Below are positions 63,941 to 64,000 of a stretch of 64,000 nt of DNA, piece by piece. Within the stretch, counting starts at the first letter, position 1; every line of letters begins with the position of its first letter. A model generated the notes under the pieces. The model searched no databases. It saw only the letters and a program-made list of their open reading frames with translations, and was not told where the DNA came from. The translations under genes were made by a program, and so were the position numbers. The stretch covers positions 1 to 64,000 of the forward strand of contig NIVC01000540.1 in NCBI GenBank assembly GCA_002269645.1, given 5' to 3'. This stretch comes from Macrostomum lignano. Taxonomy: Eukaryota.

Positions 63941-64000
63941 TATATGGTTACGGGGGTTCATTAAGTTTCAAAAGCCAAGGAGTTTGGACTTTTTGTACAC

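Overview
Eukaryotic (metazoan) genomic DNA, not prokaryotic. It has GT-AG spliced genes with GC-rich exons, and nearly every intron is packed with its own minisatellite. That style suggests an invertebrate such as a Macrostomum-like flatworm (inference only). I could rebuild three spliced genes by hand. (1) The 3' part of an acatalytic carbonic-anhydrase-related gene (CA10/11-like, + strand, 334-3603), with a 1-nt frameshift in one exon. (2) A complete 5-exon Mad/MXD-family bHLH-Zip repressor gene (- strand, 8149-19546), almost invisible in the ORF track. (3) A complete 7-exon V-ATPase subunit B gene (- strand, 25455-52164). The 17-kb intron 5 of V-ATPase B holds two Penelope-like retroelements from different clades, back to back and antisense to the host gene. 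One is Penelope/Poseidon-like and one is Neptune-like with pseudo-LTRs; each carries a minimal hammerhead ribozyme motif. Also present: four copies of a tRNA-derived CORE-type SINE, three small non-autonomous DNA transposons (Sola1-like, Mutator-like, Tc1/mariner-like), a decayed 28S rRNA-like fragment, a probable last exon of a tetraspanin-like gene, and about 35 tandem-repeat arrays. Most long ORFs in the supplied track are translations of minisatellites, not genes. All coordinates were counted by hand; array edges are approximate.
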